Part shown: piece by piece, positions 62,560 to 64,000 of the stretch
Position numbering within the stretch: position 1 is the first letter of the stretch
How the letters are laid out: each line of letters begins with the position of its first letter
Origin: Octopus sinensis
Lineage: Eukaryota
Assembly (NCBI RefSeq): GCF_006345805.1
Contig: NC_043001.1
Span: 30,814,001-30,878,000, forward strand
DNA: 64,000 bases
Reading direction: 5' to 3'
Made by a program: the position numbers and the translations under genes
Notes under the pieces: model-generated
What the model was told of the DNA's origin: nothing
Databases searched by the model: none
What the model saw: the letters and a program-made list of their open reading frames with translations, nothing else

Positions 62560-64000
62560 AGATAAATAAATAAATGGAGTTAAATGCAGGTGTTATTCAA
62601 ATCTTTTTACTTCCAACATATGTTTCAAAGAAAACATTGGTGTTATTCCAGAAGGAATAAAATGGTGTAAAACAATGCAATCTTCTCATCAGGGAAAGAA
62701 AGAAACCAAACACATCAATAAGACATTTTAATGGAATGTGATGACTGCAGATATGATGAAGGGAACACTAGCAAGTTTAAAAAAAAAAACTGTTAGTCGA
62801 TATAACGTCAAAGGTATTTTATGGAAAGAGAAGGAGGAGAAAAAAAGAAATTAGCAGAAAACAAATAGTGGAGAGATATAGAGCGATAGGTGAATAGGAA
62901 TAAAGCTTAAAGGCATGGAAGTGAAATGTAAGAAGACAGTCAAAGGTCGAATTTTATAGAATGGTAGAAATCATTTATAGAAACTAAAGGTATGTGTCTA
63001 CCAATGTTTGCAATGATAAATGTGTTCTATAAACATGATTACAAGAGGATTCTCTGAGAACAGGATGAAATACATTTCACTGTTACACAAAGATTTACCT
63101 TTATCATACAGAAAAGATATAGAGAGCATATTCCATTCCAAATCAAATTGTTTATTATGATCCTTTAGATACCAAATTAATTTACTAAGCCCAGTATTGT
63201 TATGCTTATTGATATGTCTAAATGTAGAGTAATGATTAGATATTCTTTTGGACAACTGAGATGAAAAACTACCTATACAAAAAAAGTCAGAACTAGAAGT
63301 AATTTTACATTGATAAATAGAGTTTCTAGTCTTAGAATTACTTCTAATAAAATGAATGTGATTGGAGTCAACATCAGAAACACTAACACTGCTGCTATTA
63401 TTACTTAAAGAATGGTTAGTGCTAGCAAAATCAATGTTACTATTTTCATTAAGTGGATTTGTATTTAATAACTTATTATTTTGTGAAGAGATGATTTGTG
63501 AAAAATTTTTTGTGTTAGAAAAACCTATCCTGATTCAGTGTGAATTAATAATCAAATAGTATCTTGAATTTCTTTGGAAATTCTTTTCTCTAGCTTCACG
63601 AAACTGGTGAGGGAGGTTGGATTTGATCTGCTTATCATATGGAATTATTAACCAAACAGTTTTGCTAGGACAAACCTTGTTATTAGGGTAGTTATCTTTA
63701 AATGGCCTTGATGTACCTTTATAAAAAAAAAAGGGGGTCCTAAATAACACTTATCTCCCTTATGCTGCAGAATTAGATTACTTGATTTGGTGTTGTTATT
63801 CGAAATAAAATTAATATTGTTATCACTTGATTTCATGTCCTGATTAATAGAGGTAGAATTAATGTCAATAGAGGAGAAAAATGCATTGTTTTACACCATT
63901 TTATTCCTTCTGGAATAATACCAATGTTTTCTTTGAAACATATGTTGGAAGTAAAAAGATTTTAATAACACCGGTATTTAACTTCATTTATTTATATATA
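62560..64000 (-). mobile_element. Penelope-like retroelement 3' part with GIY-YIG endonuclease and inverted terminal repeat
   Basis: SIYQCKI...FFCIG...SKRISNHYSTFRH...TGLSKLIWYLKD...LEWNML...SLC. 62565-62679 is repeated in inverted orientation at 63881-63996. Confidence 0.85.
62610..62698 (-). ncRNA. Type I hammerhead ribozyme motif (complete core) in Penelope-like terminal repeat
   Basis: UUUCC-CUGAUGA-GAAGA..CAUUG..UUAUUCC(UUCU)GGAAUAA..CAAUG..UCUUU-GAAA-CAUAUG-UU-GGAAG; palindromic stem III ACAUAUGU. Confidence 0.78.

Overview
AT-rich, repeat-dense animal DNA. The SINE, LINE and microsatellite content looks like a coleoid cephalopod (Octopus-like); this is an inference from repeat families. 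The only host gene I can support is a + strand prolyl 3-hydroxylase (P3H/leprecan family) with eight GT-AG exons between 35455 and 57371; its start and end were not found. The exons encode two tandem P3H dioxygenase domains. The first lacks the HxD...H iron triad and is probably a pseudo-catalytic domain. The second has two homologous phase-0 versions of its GDGY...SPH exon (50961-51056 and 57258-57371), which look like mutually exclusive exons in a SINE-free stretch. The window also holds about ten type-I hammerhead-ribozyme-like motifs, many as inverted pairs in fold-back elements related to Penelope-like retroelement termini; two retain full cores (1990-2075 and 62610-62698, both minus strand). 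Other repeats: four mariner relics, RTE and RLE-type LINE fragments, a three-unit Helitron-like array, hAT- and piggyBac-like MITEs and several tRNA-derived SINE families. Almost all ORFs in the supplied track are repeat or microsatellite artefacts. Comparisons with vertebrate P3H1 are from memory, not from a search.
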